A DNA stretch of 64,000 nt from Escherichia coli (GCF_003334765.1 NZ_QOWT01000002.1), one strand, 5' to 3'; shown: positions 48,709 to 60,095, counted from the first letter of the stretch. Numbers and translations are program-made. The notes: generated by a model not told the origin, from the letters alone.

Positions 48709-49647
48709 TTAACCCGCGAGACGCTGATATTCTTTGGCAATTTCGCTCGCCAGAATGGCGTTGTTGAACACCAGCTGGATGTTGGATTTCAGGCTGTCAC
48801 CGCCGGTCAGTTCAGCAACGCGCGCCAGCAGGAATGGCGTACTTTCTTTACCAATGACTCCCTGAGCTTCAGCTTCAGCTACCGCCTGATCGATCGCCGC
48901 ATTGATAGTGTGTTCCGGCATAGCAAACTGTTCCGGGATCGGGTTCGCTACCACGAGGCCACCGTTCAGACCGCTTTGCCATTTCACCGCCATTGCACGG
49001 GCAATTTCGCTGGCGCTGTCGAGACGAATGCTGACGTCAAACGGGCTGGTGCGGCAGAAAAACGCAGGCAGCGCTTTAGTCTGATAGCCAATTAACGGCA
49101 CACCGAAGGTTTCTAAATACTCAGTGGTTAATCCTAAATCGAGAATAGATTTCGCCCCGGCACAAACAACGGTGACATTAGTATTTGCCAGTTCTTGCAA
49201 ATCGGCAGAAATATCGAAGGTATGTTCCGCCCCGCGATGCACACCACCAATTCCCCCGGTGGCAAATACTTTAATTCCGGCAAGCGCCGCAATAATCATC
49301 GTTGAAGCCACAGTGGTTGCGCCATTTTTTCCGGCGGCAACAACAAAAGGTAAATCGCGACGACTAACTTTGGTCACGTTATGCCCTTCACGACCCAGTA
49401 ATTCAATTTCTTCTTTGCTTAACCCCACTTTCATCACGCCGCCAATAATGGCGATCGTGGCAGGTACAGCGCCCTGTTTACGAATAGTTTCTTCAACTTC
49501 AATTGCGGTCTGGGCATTTTGTGGGAACGGCATCCCGTGAGAAATAATGGTCGATTCCAGCGCCACAACCGGTTTTTTGTTTTTTAAAGCGTCCTGCACT
49601 TCCGGGGAAATTTGTAATAATTCAGGGGAAATTTTTAATTCAGACAT
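48709..49647 (-). CDS. psuG: Pseudouridine-5-phosphate glycosidase PsuG (YeiN)
   Basis: Indigoidine-synthase-A-like fold; recognised sequence. Confidence 0.9.
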   Translation of the reverse strand: MSELKISPELLQISPEVQDALKNKKPVVALESTIISHGMPFPQNAQTAIEVEETIRKQGAVPATIAIIGGVMKVGLSKEEIELLGREGHNVTKVSRRDLPFVVAAGKNGATTVASTMIIAALAGIKVFATGGIGGVHRGAEHTFDISADLQELANTNVTVVCAGAKSILDLGLTTEYLETFGVPLIGYQTKALPAFFCRTSPFDVSIRLDSASEIARAMAVKWQSGLNGGLVVANPIPEQFAMPEHTINAAIDQAVAEAEAQGVIGKESTPFLLARVAELTGGDSLKSNIQLVFNNAILASEIAKEYQRLAG

Positions 49648-50576
49648 TCTGCGTTCTCCACTAACGATATAACGTTGGCAATCGATAAATCGGGGTTATT
49701 GGTGTATTCACAGGAGAGCGCCATTGACGAACATCCCTGTGCGAAACGAACAGATTCGGCAAACGGCATTCCGTCTACCCAACACGAAGCAAGTCCCGCC
49801 ATCATGGCATCGCCCGCTCCGGTAACATTAATAACATTGGTTTTGATCGGCGCAGACCAGCCACTTTCACCGCTGATATCGCTGTAATAAACGCCGTCGC
49901 CGCCCATGCTCAATACCAGTCGGTTCAGGCCATGTTGATGGAACCAGGCAGCAACTTTTGCCACATCTTCACGCCCTGACAGCGCAATCCCACTCAGGGT
50001 TTCCGCTTCAAGGCGGTTTGGCTTGAGAGTGTGGATCTGATTTAGACGGTCGCGCACTTTGACACATTTCCATGCCGAAACCGGATCGACAAATACGGGT
50101 ACGTTGGCGGCATTATCCAGAATCCATGCCAGTGCCTCTTCACTGATATTACAGTCCGCGACAATGACCTTTGCCCTCTGAATAAATTCACCGTGCTGTG
50201 CGAGATATTCAGCTGTAATAGCGTTGCTAATATTCATGTCATTTATAGCAACCAGCATTTCACCGGTATTATCGAGTAATGATAAATAACTCGACGTATT
50301 TTCTCCCGGCACAATCAGGCATTTATCGACATAAACGCCAGATTGATTGGTTTGCGTTAGCAGCGATTGACCATAAAAATCACTGCCTACGGCGCTCAGT
50401 AGCCAGGCTTTGTTACCCAGCAACGCCAGGTTTTGTGCAATATTGCGCCCTACTCCACCAGGCGTAAATTTTATTTTACCTGGATTTGAATCCGCATAAT
50501 TTAATGATTCATGTGAATATCCGGCGACATCAATATTCGCCGAACCTATAATTACGACATAATCCTTTTCGCGCAT
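49635..50576 (-). CDS. psuK: Pseudouridine kinase PsuK (YeiC)
   Basis: PfkB family (GGVGRNIA, TGAGDAMMAG); 13-nt overlap with psuG. Confidence 0.9.
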   Translation of the reverse strand: MREKDYVVIIGSANIDVAGYSHESLNYADSNPGKIKFTPGGVGRNIAQNLALLGNKAWLLSAVGSDFYGQSLLTQTNQSGVYVDKCLIVPGENTSSYLSLLDNTGEMLVAINDMNISNAITAEYLAQHGEFIQRAKVIVADCNISEEALAWILDNAANVPVFVDPVSAWKCVKVRDRLNQIHTLKPNRLEAETLSGIALSGREDVAKVAAWFHQHGLNRLVLSMGGDGVYYSDISGESGWSAPIKTNVINVTGAGDAMMAGLASCWVDGMPFAESVRFAQGCSSMALSCEYTNNPDLSIANVISLVENAECLN

Positions 50577-50814
50577 AGCACGTCCTCTGGTAAAAAATTA
50601 CCAACCCTGTCAATCCACAAGAATATAGATACTGCAAAGACGGTTTAAACATGTGTTCATATTTAAACATGTGCTCATAGTATGCATGTTTTACGTAAAG
50701 TAAATTACCGCCAGAGAGGCAAAATGGGCAGATTTGAGCAGGCTCACAAAATGCGATTAAATGCCTGAATTACAAAAGCGAGGAATTTGTGACGGGATGC
50801 ACAGAACAGAACAA

Positions 50815-50843
50815 TAAAAAAGGGCAGAAAATAATCTGCCCTT
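50815..50843 (-). terminator. Intrinsic terminator, probable end of fruBKA transcript
   Basis: AGGGCAG / CTGCCCT stem with 8-nt loop followed by a U-run on the minus strand, about 155 nt past fruA stop. Confidence 0.55.
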
Positions 50844-50998
50844 GAGGAAATAACCTGAGTGTTTGATGAACGTTTGAAGTTTCTACTGAAAGATAAAACC
50901 ATTTAAATTCATAAAATTACATTCACAAACCGGTCATTCTCTTTGCGCTCATCAAATGTTACAGGACAGGAAATTTCTGCCCTGTAACACACCTTTTA

Positions 50999-52690
50999 TT
51001 ACGCTGCTTTCGCTACTGCGTCCACTTCCGGACGTTTCAGGAAGGCATAGGCCAAACCCGCCACCAGCGTACCGGCAATAATTGCTACCAGGTAACCCAA
51101 TACCGGCGTAATAGCGCCAGGGATCAGCAGAACAAACAGACCACCGTGCGGTGCCATCAGTTTCGCACCAATCGCCATTGAGATTGCGCCAGTCAGCGCC
51201 CCACCCACGATACAGCACGGCAGCACACGCATCGGATCACGAGCAGCAAACGGAATTGCACCTTCCGAAATGAAGCACAGTCCCAATACCAGAGCGGCTT
51301 TGCCACCTTCCTGCTGCGCTTTGTCGAATTTGCGACGCGCCACCATTGTTGCCAGACCCATTGCCAGCGGTGGCACCATACCTGCCGCCATAATCGCCGC
51401 CATCGGGCCATAGGTTTGAGTACTCAGCAGACCCACACCGAATGCGTACGCTGCTTTGTTTACCGGACCGCCCATGTCAGTACACATCATGCCACCGAGG
51501 ATCGCCCCCAGCAGAACCGCATTCGCAGTCCCCATGGTCTGCAGCCAGTGAGTCAGCCCTTCGAGAATGCCAGCAACTGGTTTACCGATCAGGTAGATCA
51601 TCGCCAGACCGACCACCAGACTGGAAATTAGCGGAATGATCAGGATCGGTTTCAGCGCCTCCATACTCTGTGGCAGTTTCAATTGCGTACTGATTAACTT
51701 CGCAATGTAACCAGCCAGGAAGCCCGCAATAATACCACCAATGAAGCCAGAACCGGTGCTGACCGCCAGCATACCGCCAATCAGACCCGGAGTGAGGCCC
51801 GGACGATCGGCAATGGAAAAGGCAATATAACCTGCCAGTACCGGCACCATCAGCGCAAAGGCTGAACCACCACCAATCTGCATCAGCGCCGCAGCCAACG
51901 TACCCGGCTCTTTAAACGCTTCGATACCAAAAGCAAAAGAAAGCGCGATACACAGACCACCTGCAACGACCATCGGCAGCATGTAAGAAACGCCCGTCAG
52001 CAAGTGACGGTATGCGCCTGCACTCTCTTTCTTACTTTCAGTGGTCGCCGTTTGAGCTTTGCCCGCCGGTTCATACGGCGTTGCTTCAGCAACCGCTTTA
52101 TCCAGTTCCTGCGCGGTTTTCTTCAGCGCCAGACCGGTAGAGGTACGATACATCGGTTTACCAGCAAATTTCGCCAGATCCACTTCGATATCTGCCGCCA
52201 CAATCACCAGATCCGCTGCTGCGACTTCTTCGGGAGTGATTGCATTACCCGCGCCAACAGAACCACGGGTTTCAACTTTCACCCACCAGCCACGTTTTTT
52301 CGCTTCGGTTTCAATGGCTTCAGCCGCCATAAAGGTGTGTGCTACGCCAGTCGGGCAAGCAGTCACCGCAACTACGCGTTTCGGACCGCTGGCGGCAACT
52401 GGTGCTGTCGCAGCGACCGGCGCAGTGTAAGGTTTCGCATGGCCTTTGGCTTCACTCAGGAACAGCTCAGGGTGCGCAACTGCCCGGGAAATATCGCCCA
52501 GCCAGACATTTTTACCGTTCAGCGCGCTGTCGTTCGGGATGGAATCACCGAGAACAATCGCCATTTCAGCGTCGTTCGGATTGTCGATGATTTCCAGTTT
52601 TGCTTTTCGCGCCGCCGCGCCCAGCAGGGTCTTCGCCATATAGGCGCGTGCCTGACCGAGATTAGCGTCAATAATCAGCAGCGTTTTCAT
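50999..52690 (-). CDS. fruA: Fructose PTS enzyme IIB'BC
   Basis: 563 aa; recognised sequence. Confidence 0.95.
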   Translation of the reverse strand: MKTLLIIDANLGQARAYMAKTLLGAAARKAKLEIIDNPNDAEMAIVLGDSIPNDSALNGKNVWLGDISRAVAHPELFLSEAKGHAKPYTAPVAATAPVAASGPKRVVAVTACPTGVAHTFMAAEAIETEAKKRGWWVKVETRGSVGAGNAITPEEVAAADLVIVAADIEVDLAKFAGKPMYRTSTGLALKKTAQELDKAVAEATPYEPAGKAQTATTESKKESAGAYRHLLTGVSYMLPMVVAGGLCIALSFAFGIEAFKEPGTLAAALMQIGGGSAFALMVPVLAGYIAFSIADRPGLTPGLIGGMLAVSTGSGFIGGIIAGFLAGYIAKLISTQLKLPQSMEALKPILIIPLISSLVVGLAMIYLIGKPVAGILEGLTHWLQTMGTANAVLLGAILGGMMCTDMGGPVNKAAYAFGVGLLSTQTYGPMAAIMAAGMVPPLAMGLATMVARRKFDKAQQEGGKAALVLGLCFISEGAIPFAARDPMRVLPCCIVGGALTGAISMAIGAKLMAPHGGLFVLLIPGAITPVLGYLVAIIAGTLVAGLAYAFLKRPEVDAVAKAA

Positions 52691-52706
52691 TATGCCTCTC
52701 CTGCTG

Positions 52707-53645
52707 TCAGTTAAAAGGTTGTAAGTCGACGCGCGCCATCATTGCGGCCAACTGCGGACGATCGGTAATACCCACATTGCTTTGACTTACCGCCAGGGCT
52801 GCAACAGCTGTCGCCAGACGCAGTGTGTGTTCACTGGATTCACGCATCAGCAAGCCATAAATCAGGCCACCAACCATAGAATCCCCTGCGCCAACGGTGC
52901 TTACGACATCGACTGACGGTGGTTTGGCGATCCATTCGCCGGAGGCATTAACCCAAAGCGCGCCTTCGGCACCCAGTGAAATAACAACATGCGCGATGCC
53001 TTGTTCACGTAGCGCATGTGCAGCTTCAATCACATCTTTCATTTCAGGCAGTTTACGGCCTGCCCAGATTTCCAGCTCGCGGCGGTTAGGTTTCACCAGC
53101 CACGGTGCCGCTTTCAAACCTGCTACTAACGCTTCACGGCTACTATCAAAGATAATGCAAGGACACTGACTACGCAGGCGAGTCATCCAGTCGGTGAACG
53201 CTTCCGGGCTGACGCCTGACGGTAAGCTTCCGCTGACACAGACCATATCGAACTGACCGAGCCAGCTCAGAGAATCAGTCACAAAGCGTTCCCAGTCGGC
53301 GGGGGTGACTTCAAAACCCGAGAAGTTGAAGTCGGTCACTTCGCCGTCTTTTTCCGTCAGCTTAACGTTAATTCGGGTGCGCCCCTGTACAACCTGGAAA
53401 CGGTTGGCAATGCCCAGCTCGCTGAACAGTTGCTGAAAACCATCCTGATTGTCTTTACCCAGGAAGCCGCCAACGGTGACATCAATTCCCAGGTCTTTTA
53501 ATACTTTGGCCACGTTGATGCCTTTACCCGCCGCATGCAGACCGGTGGTTTTCACCAGGTTCACTTCGCCGCGTTCAATTTCCGGGCAGAAACCAACAAG
53601 GTCATAAGCCGGATTAAGGGTGATAGTAGCAACACGTCTGCTCAT
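52707..53645 (-). CDS. fruK: 1-phosphofructokinase
   Basis: PfkB family, 312 aa; recognised sequence. Confidence 0.95.
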   Translation of the reverse strand: MSRRVATITLNPAYDLVGFCPEIERGEVNLVKTTGLHAAGKGINVAKVLKDLGIDVTVGGFLGKDNQDGFQQLFSELGIANRFQVVQGRTRINVKLTEKDGEVTDFNFSGFEVTPADWERFVTDSLSWLGQFDMVCVSGSLPSGVSPEAFTDWMTRLRSQCPCIIFDSSREALVAGLKAAPWLVKPNRRELEIWAGRKLPEMKDVIEAAHALREQGIAHVVISLGAEGALWVNASGEWIAKPPSVDVVSTVGAGDSMVGGLIYGLLMRESSEHTLRLATAVAALAVSQSNVGITDRPQLAAMMARVDLQPFN

Positions 53646-54775
53646 TATGCGCCCTCCCCAAGACCAGCAGCGATAGCGTCGCCGATTGCTTTCAGCGCCT
53701 GTTCAGCATCTGCACCCTGGGCGGTAAAGCGTAGGCGATGACCTTTCTTAACGCCAAGTGCCACAACTTTCATCAGACTACGTCCGTTTGCCGGTTTGCC
53801 GGTACCATCAAGGTTTGTCACGGTAATATCACTGTTAAATTGTTTAATGGTATTGACCAGCATGGTACCTGGACGAGCATGCAGGCCGTGTTCATTGCGC
53901 ACCACAAACTCCGCGCTTAACACGTCGTCGGTCGGCGCATCATCGCTGGTCAGCAGCGCCAGCAACGTTGCCGCATCCGCTTTCAGCAAGCGGTCAGCTT
54001 TATTGTCGAGCAATAAATCAGCGAGACGCTTAAGAACCGCGATGGGCTGATCGTCATTCATCGCCACACTCACCAGCATGGCTGCCGTTTCGCCGTCCAC
54101 ATCAAAAGCATTTGCCGCACGGCTTACCGCAATCGCGCTACGCAGATTGCCTTCGGCGCTATCGCTCAGCCAGATACCCTGTCCGAGATTCAGCGGTTGT
54201 TCATTGATGGCTTTGGTGACGAAAGTGGCGTCAACTGCCCCCGCCTCTTTCAGACGCGCAGCGTTCAGCGCCTGAAGAGTCAGCAGATCGCTGGCGACGA
54301 TATCCAGTGTCAGCATTTCGTTGTCGAGCTTCAGCTGCTCACTCTGCTTTTCGCCCATCAGTAATGCGCGAAGTTCTTCTGCTGTTGTTGCTGACTTCAG
54401 TTGTTCAGCAACGGAATCATCGCTCAGTACGTGGGTCAGCTGGCGTAGCAGGCCCAGATGTTCATCCGAGCTGGCAGCAATACCGATTGCCACGTACGCT
54501 ACCTGACCGTCACCCCAGGTGACGCCTTCCGGGAACTGAAATACCTGAACGCCGGTTTTCAGCACCTGATCGCGGGTGTCGGTAGTGCCGTGTGGAATAG
54601 CAATACCATTGCCGAGGAACGTTGAGGTTTGCTGTTCGCGCGCCAGCATGCCATTGACGTAGCCTTCTGCTACATTACCGGCCTGCACCAGCGCCGCAGC
54701 GACCTGGCGAATCGCCTCTTCTTTGTCTCCGGCCTTTTCGCCCGGATGGATGTCCTGTACGGATAACTGGAACAT
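53645..54775 (-). CDS. fruB: Fructose PTS IIA/FPr diphosphoryl transfer protein
   Basis: 376 aa; recognised sequence. Confidence 0.95.
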
Positions 54776-54789
54776 AGTTCTCCTCTCTT

Positions 54790-54810
54790 GCTGAATTGAA
54801 ACGATTCAGC
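54790..54810 (-). promoter_or_regulatory. Cra (FruR) operator, proximal
   Basis: 21-bp perfect palindrome GCTGAAT-TGAAACG-ATTCAGC just upstream of the fruB ribosome-binding site. Confidence 0.8.
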
Positions 54811-54861
54811 CTCTATGAGAAAAAAAGCGCCAACCTGGCTTAGGGTTAAAGACAAGATCGC

Positions 54862-54877
54862 GCTGAAACGTTTCAAG
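54862..54877 (-). promoter_or_regulatory. Cra (FruR) operator, distal
   Basis: GCTGAAACGTTTCAAG matches the Cra consensus core. Confidence 0.8.
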
Positions 54878-55142
54878 AAAGCATAATACTTCTGTTTCAG
54901 CACGCAAGGAAAGCCGTAAAGTTATGAGCAAAAGTTTGATGTGCTGCACAATTTTTTGCCATTTTTCCTAATTGCTGATGGGAAAATCCGTTATCAGCAA
55001 TTTCATTTCAGCAGCGTCAGCAGCCAATCAGCAACAGTGAAATGGCATTTTGACTATTCGTGGCGCTTTTGATTTCGCTGTCTGTTTATTTTCTGACAAG
55101 CAGCGTAAACTCCGCGTCTTCCTCTTCCAGTGATCGACCAGC

Positions 55143-56324
55143 ATGCATAACTCCCCCGCAGTCTCCAGCGCGAAATCGTTTGACCTGACCTCGACGGCGT
55201 TTTTAATCGTTGCCTTTCTCACCGGTATTGCGGGCGCTCTGCAAACCCCGACACTCAGTATTTTTCTTACCGATGAAGTACATGCCCGTCCGGCGATGGT
55301 GGGATTCTTCTTTACCGGCAGCGCTGTCATTGGGATTCTGGTAAGTCAGTTTCTCGCCGGGCGCTCTGATAAGCGCGGCGATCGCAAATCGCTGATTGTC
55401 TTTTGCTGCCTGTTAGGCGTGCTGGCCTGCACCCTTTTTGCCTGGAATCGCAACTACTTTGTTTTGCTATTCGTTGGCGTCTTTCTTAGCAGCTTTGGCT
55501 CGACCGCTAACCCGCAAATGTTTGCCCTTGCCCGTGAACATGCCGACAAAACCGGACGTGAGGCGGTGATGTTCAGCTCTTTTTTACGCGCTCAGGTTTC
55601 ACTGGCATGGGTCATTGGCCCACCGCTGGCTTATGCCTTAGCGATGGGTTTCAGCTTTACGGTAATGTATCTGAGCGCAGCGGTAGCGTTTATTGTTTGC
55701 GGTGTGATGGTGTGGCTGTTTTTACCGTCGATGCAAAAAGAGCTTCCGCTGGCGACCGGCACGATCGAAGCGCCGCGCCGTAACCGTCGCGATACGCTGC
55801 TGCTGTTTGTCATTTGTACATTGATGTGGGGCTCGAACAGCCTGTACATCATCAACATGCCGCTATTTATTATCAACGAACTGCATCTTCCCGAGAAACT
55901 GGCCGGTGTGATGATGGGGACCGCCGCCGGGCTGGAAATCCCGACGATGTTGATTGCCGGATATTTCGCCAAACGTCTGGGTAAGCGTTTCTTAATGCGC
56001 GTTGCTGCCGTGGGTGGCGTCTGTTTTTACGCAGGAATGCTGATGGCGCATTCACCTGTCATTCTGTTGGGCTTGCAGCTGCTAAATGCTATTTTTATTG
56101 GCATTCTGGGCGGCATCGGGATGCTCTATTTTCAGGATCTGATGCCCGGTCAGGCGGGTTCAGCCACCACGCTCTATACCAACACTTCGCGCGTGGGCTG
56201 GATCATCGCAGGATCAGTGGCGGGCATCGTCGCCGAGATCTGGAATTATCACGCTGTGTTCTGGTTTGCGATGGTGATGATTATCGCCACTCTGTTTTGC
56301 TTACTGCGGATTAAAGATGTTTAA
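55143..56324 (+). CDS. setB: MFS sugar efflux transporter SetB
   Basis: 393 aa, 12-TM MFS protein. Confidence 0.9.
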
Positions 56325-56575
56325 GGCGCGGTCAGCATTTCCAGATCGATAAGCCAGGTCATGGCCTGCTGACGCGAGTTACCGCACATTTCAGCGCTGG
56401 CTTGTAAGCCTGCACAGACTTTCGGTCGCAGTGGCGAGGTGAAAATTTTACAGCGTTGCTGTTCATCAAGCTGAATGCAGGGCGTATTGGCGGGCTTGCC
56501 ATCTGGCATACCGGGAATAGGGCTGGAAATTGAAGGGGCAGTGCAACACGCCCCGCAACCCGGACGGCATTCCAT
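56321..56575 (-). CDS. yeiW: Cysteine-rich UPF0153 protein YeiW
   Basis: 84 aa with 8 Cys; start at [11 protein letters not shown]; convergent 4-nt overlap with setB. Confidence 0.7.
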
Positions 56576-56729
56576 ACGTTGTTCTCTTAAGGTTAACCAC
56601 CGGATTGATGAGCGCGCACAGTACCACCTTTTTTGCACCAGCAAAAGTGCGAATACCACTTGCCCGAAAGGCCCGTCGCGAGTACTTTGTCGCGATATTT
56701 TTGACATTTTCGACTACAGGAATTTTTCG

Positions 56730-57302
56730 ATGCCAAGAGCGAACGAAATTAAAAAAGGTATGGTACTGAATTACAACGGCAAACTGCTGCTGGTTAAGGA
56801 TATTGATATTCAGTCGCCCACTGCCCGCGGTGCCGCTACGCTGTACAAAATGCGTTTTTCTGATGTCCGTACCGGGCTGAAAGTAGAAGAGCGTTTCAAA
56901 GGTGATGATATCGTTGACACCGTGACGCTGACCCGCCGTTACGTTGACTTCTCCTATGTCGATGGCAACGAATATGTCTTTATGGATAAAGAAGACTATA
57001 CCCCGTATACCTTCACCAAAGATCAGATTGAAGAAGAGTTGCTGTTTATGCCAGAGGGCGGCATGCCGGACATGCAGGTGCTGACCTGGGACGGTCAACT
57101 GCTGGCGCTTGAGCTGCCGCAGACCGTTGATCTGGAAATCGTTGAAACCGCACCAGGCATCAAAGGGGCATCTGCCAGCGCCCGTAACAAACCGGCGACA
57201 TTGAGCACTGGTCTGGTGATTCAGGTACCAGAATACTTAAGCCCGGGCGAAAAAATTCGTATCCATATCGAAGAACGCCGTTATATGGGGCGTGCTGACT
57301 AA
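56730..57302 (+). CDS. yeiP: Elongation factor P-like protein YeiP (EfpL)
   Basis: 190 aa EF-P paralogue; start at [10 protein letters not shown]. Confidence 0.9.
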
Positions 57303-57321
57303 CTTCAGCCGCATGCAGAAA

Positions 57322-57348
57322 AGGGATAGCTCAGGCTGTCCCTTTTTT
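57322..57348 (+). terminator. Intrinsic terminator after yeiP
   Basis: Imperfect stem AGGGATAG / CTGTCCCT followed by TTTTTT. Confidence 0.7.
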
Positions 57349-57524
57349 AATTTATTATACCAATCTTCTATTTTGCGCTTCCTGAACACCTTACGCCCTC
57401 AATTTTCACTCGTTGATTGATCGCCCTCACACTTCATCGCATTAACAATCCAGACCAATTTCAATTGCTGTCATATAACTTTACACTGTCGTTGTTAATT
57501 AATCGTTACTAAGACGTGACTCCT

Positions 57525-58991
57525 ATGAATACAATCGCCTCCGTTACGCTCCCGCATCATGTACACGCTCCACGCTATGATCGCCAGCAGTTGCAATCAC
57601 GTATCGTTCATTTTGGCTTTGGAGCCTTTCACCGCGCTCATCAGGCGTTACTGACCGATCGTGTGCTGAATGCCCAGGGCGGCGACTGGGGGATCTGTGA
57701 AATCAGCTTGTTCAGCGGTGATCAACTGATGAGCCAGCTCCGCGCACAGAACCATTTATATACCGTGCTGGAGAAAGGTGCGGACGGCAATCAGGTGATA
57801 ATTGTCGGTGCCGTTCACGAATGCCTTAATGCAAAACTGGATTCCTTAGCGGCAATTATTGAGAAATTTTGCGAGCCACAGGTGGCAATTGTTTCCCTGA
57901 CGATTACCGAAAAAGGCTATTGTATTGACCCGGCCACCGGTGCACTCGACACCAGTAATCCGCGGATTATTCACGATCTACAAACCCCTGAAGAACCTCA
58001 CTCCGCACCGGGTATTCTCGTCGAAGCACTGAAACGCCGCCGTGAGCGCGGCCTTACACCGTTTACCGTGCTCTCCTGCGACAATATTCCCGACAATGGT
58101 CATGTGGTGAAAAACGCGGTGCTGGGAATGGCAGAAAAACGTTCGCCAGAACTCGCCGGGTGGATAAAAGAGCACGTCAGTTTTCCGGGAACCATGGTCG
58201 ACCGCATTGTTCCGGCTGCAACCGACGAATCACTGGTGGAAATCAGCCAGCATCTGGGGGTGAATGATCCCTGCGCGATTAGCTGCGAACCGTTTATCCA
58301 GTGGGTGGTGGAAGATAACTTCGTCGCTGGGCGTCCTGCCTGGGAAGTCGCAGGTGTACAAATGGTGAATGATGTCCTGCCATGGGAAGAGATGAAACTG
58401 CGGATGCTTAATGGCAGCCACTCTTTTCTCGCTTATCTGGGTTACCTCTCAGGATTCGCCCATATCAGTGATTGCATGCAGGATCGCGCATTTCGCCATG
58501 CCGCCAGAACATTAATGCTGGATGAGCAAGCGCCGACACTGCAAATTAAAGATGTCGATTTAACACAATATGCGGATAAGTTAATTGCACGTTTTGCTAA
58601 TCCGGCGCTGAAACATAAGACCTGGCAAATCGCGATGGATGGCAGCCAGAAATTACCGCAACGCATGCTGGCAGGTATTCGCATACATCAGGGGCGCGAA
58701 ACGGACTGGTCGTTGCTGGCATTAGGCGTTGCAGGCTGGATGCGTTACGTCAGCGGCGTTGATGATGCCGGAAATGCCATTGATGTTCGCGATCCGCTTA
58801 GCGATAAAATTCGCGAACTTGTTGCGGGCAGCAGCAGTGAACAACGCGTAACCGCCCTGCTTTCCCTGCGTGAAGTTTTCGGTGATGATCTGCCAGATAA
58901 CCCGCATTTTGTGCAGGCCATCGAACAAGCCTGGCAACAAATCGTACAATTCGGCGCACATCAGGCGCTATTAAACACCCTCAAAATTTAA
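57525..58991 (+). CDS. yeiQ: Mannitol-dehydrogenase-family oxidoreductase YeiQ
   Basis: Long-chain mannitol DH family N- and C-terminal domains. Confidence 0.85.
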   Translation: MNTIASVTLPHHVHAPRYDRQQLQSRIVHFGFGAFHRAHQALLTDRVLNAQGGDWGICEISLFSGDQLMSQLRAQNHLYTVLEKGADGNQVIIVGAVHECLNAKLDSLAAIIEKFCEPQVAIVSLTITEKGYCIDPATGALDTSNPRIIHDLQTPEEPHSAPGILVEALKRRRERGLTPFTVLSCDNIPDNGHVVKNAVLGMAEKRSPELAGWIKEHVSFPGTMVDRIVPAATDESLVEISQHLGVNDPCAISCEPFIQWVVEDNFVAGRPAWEVAGVQMVNDVLPWEEMKLRMLNGSHSFLAYLGYLSGFAHISDCMQDRAFRHAARTLMLDEQAPTLQIKDVDLTQYADKLIARFANPALKHKTWQIAMDGSQKLPQRMLAGIRIHQGRETDWSLLALGVAGWMRYVSGVDDAGNAIDVRDPLSDKIRELVAGSSSEQRVTALLSLREVFGDDLPDNPHFVQAIEQAWQQIVQFGAHQALLNTLKI

Positions 58992-59108
58992 CGATTTCTG
59001 CGGTTAAAGCGGATGAAGCTCACCTTCGTCCGCTCTCCCCTTCTCTTTTCTGCCTTTTTTAGCCAGGATTAACGCTCAGTTAACTTACCAGAGTATTGCG
59101 GAGCCGTT

Positions 59109-60095
59109 GTGACCAGGACCAACCTCATCACCGGTTTTCTCGGCAGCGGGAAAACCACGTCGATTCTTCATCTGTTAGCCCATAAAGATCCCAACGAAAA
59201 ATGGGCGGTACTGGTTAATGAATTTGGGGAAGTCGGAATTGATGGTGCTTTGCTCGCCGATAGCGGCGCATTGCTGAAAGAGATCCCCGGCGGCTGCATG
59301 TGCTGCGTTAATGGTTTACCCATGCAGGTAGGGTTGAATACCTTACTGCGTCAGGGAAAACCAGACCGCTTGTTGATAGAGCCGACCGGGCTGGGCCATC
59401 CGAAACAGATCCTCGATCTGTTAACCGCACCAGTCTATGAACCGTGGATAGATCTGCGCGCCACCTTGTGCATTCTCGATCCGCGCTTGCTGCTGGACGA
59501 AAAAAGCGCCAGCAATGAAAACTTCCGTGACCAGCTGGCTGCCGCAGACATCATTGTCGCCAATAAATCCGACCGTACGACGCCCGAAAGTGAGCAAGCG
59601 CTACAGCGTTGGTGGCAGCAAAATGGTGGCGATCGACAATTAATTCACAGTGAGCATGGGAAAGTTGACGGTCATCTTCTGGATTTGCCGCGTCGCAATT
59701 TAGCCGAGTTGCCCGCCAGCGCCGCGCATTCTCATCAGCATGTCGTGAAAAAAGGGTTAGCAGCGTTAAGCCTGCCAGAGCATCAACGCTGGCGTCGCAG
59801 TCTGAACAGCGGGCAAGGATATCAGGCCTGCGGCTGGATATTCGACGCTGATACGGTATTCGACACCATTGGCATTCTGGAATGGGCGCGACTTGCACCG
59901 GTGGAACGCGTCAAAGGCGTGCTGCGTATTCCCGAAGGGCTGGTGCGAATCAACCGTCAGGGCGATGACCTGCACATTGAAACGCAAAACGTTGCGCCAC
60001 CGGACAGCCGTATTGAGCTGATTTCCAGCAGCGAAGCTGACTGGAATGCCTTGCAGAGCGCGCTGTTGAAGCTTCGTTTAGCGACTACCGCGTAA
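59109..60095 (+). CDS. yeiR: COG0523 (CobW-like) zinc-associated GTPase YeiR
   Basis: GTG start; P-loop GFLGSGKTT and CxCC motif. Confidence 0.85.
   Translation: MTRTNLITGFLGSGKTTSILHLLAHKDPNEKWAVLVNEFGEVGIDGALLADSGALLKEIPGGCMCCVNGLPMQVGLNTLLRQGKPDRLLIEPTGLGHPKQILDLLTAPVYEPWIDLRATLCILDPRLLLDEKSASNENFRDQLAAADIIVANKSDRTTPESEQALQRWWQQNGGDRQLIHSEHGKVDGHLLDLPRRNLAELPASAAHSHQHVVKKGLAALSLPEHQRWRRSLNSGQGYQACGWIFDADTVFDTIGILEWARLAPVERVKGVLRIPEGLVRINRQGDDLHIETQNVAPPDSRIELISSSEADWNALQSALLKLRLATTA

Noticed and set aside
50958-50988. Imperfect 12-bp hairpin immediately after the fruA stop as the fru terminator
   Set aside because: One mismatch and a weak U-tract; the cleaner terminator at about 50815-50843 is preferred, though both may act.
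54670-54903. 77-aa minus-strand ORF across the fruB start and Cra operators
   Set aside because: Overlaps the fruB 5-prime end and its operators; a reading-frame artefact of the control region.
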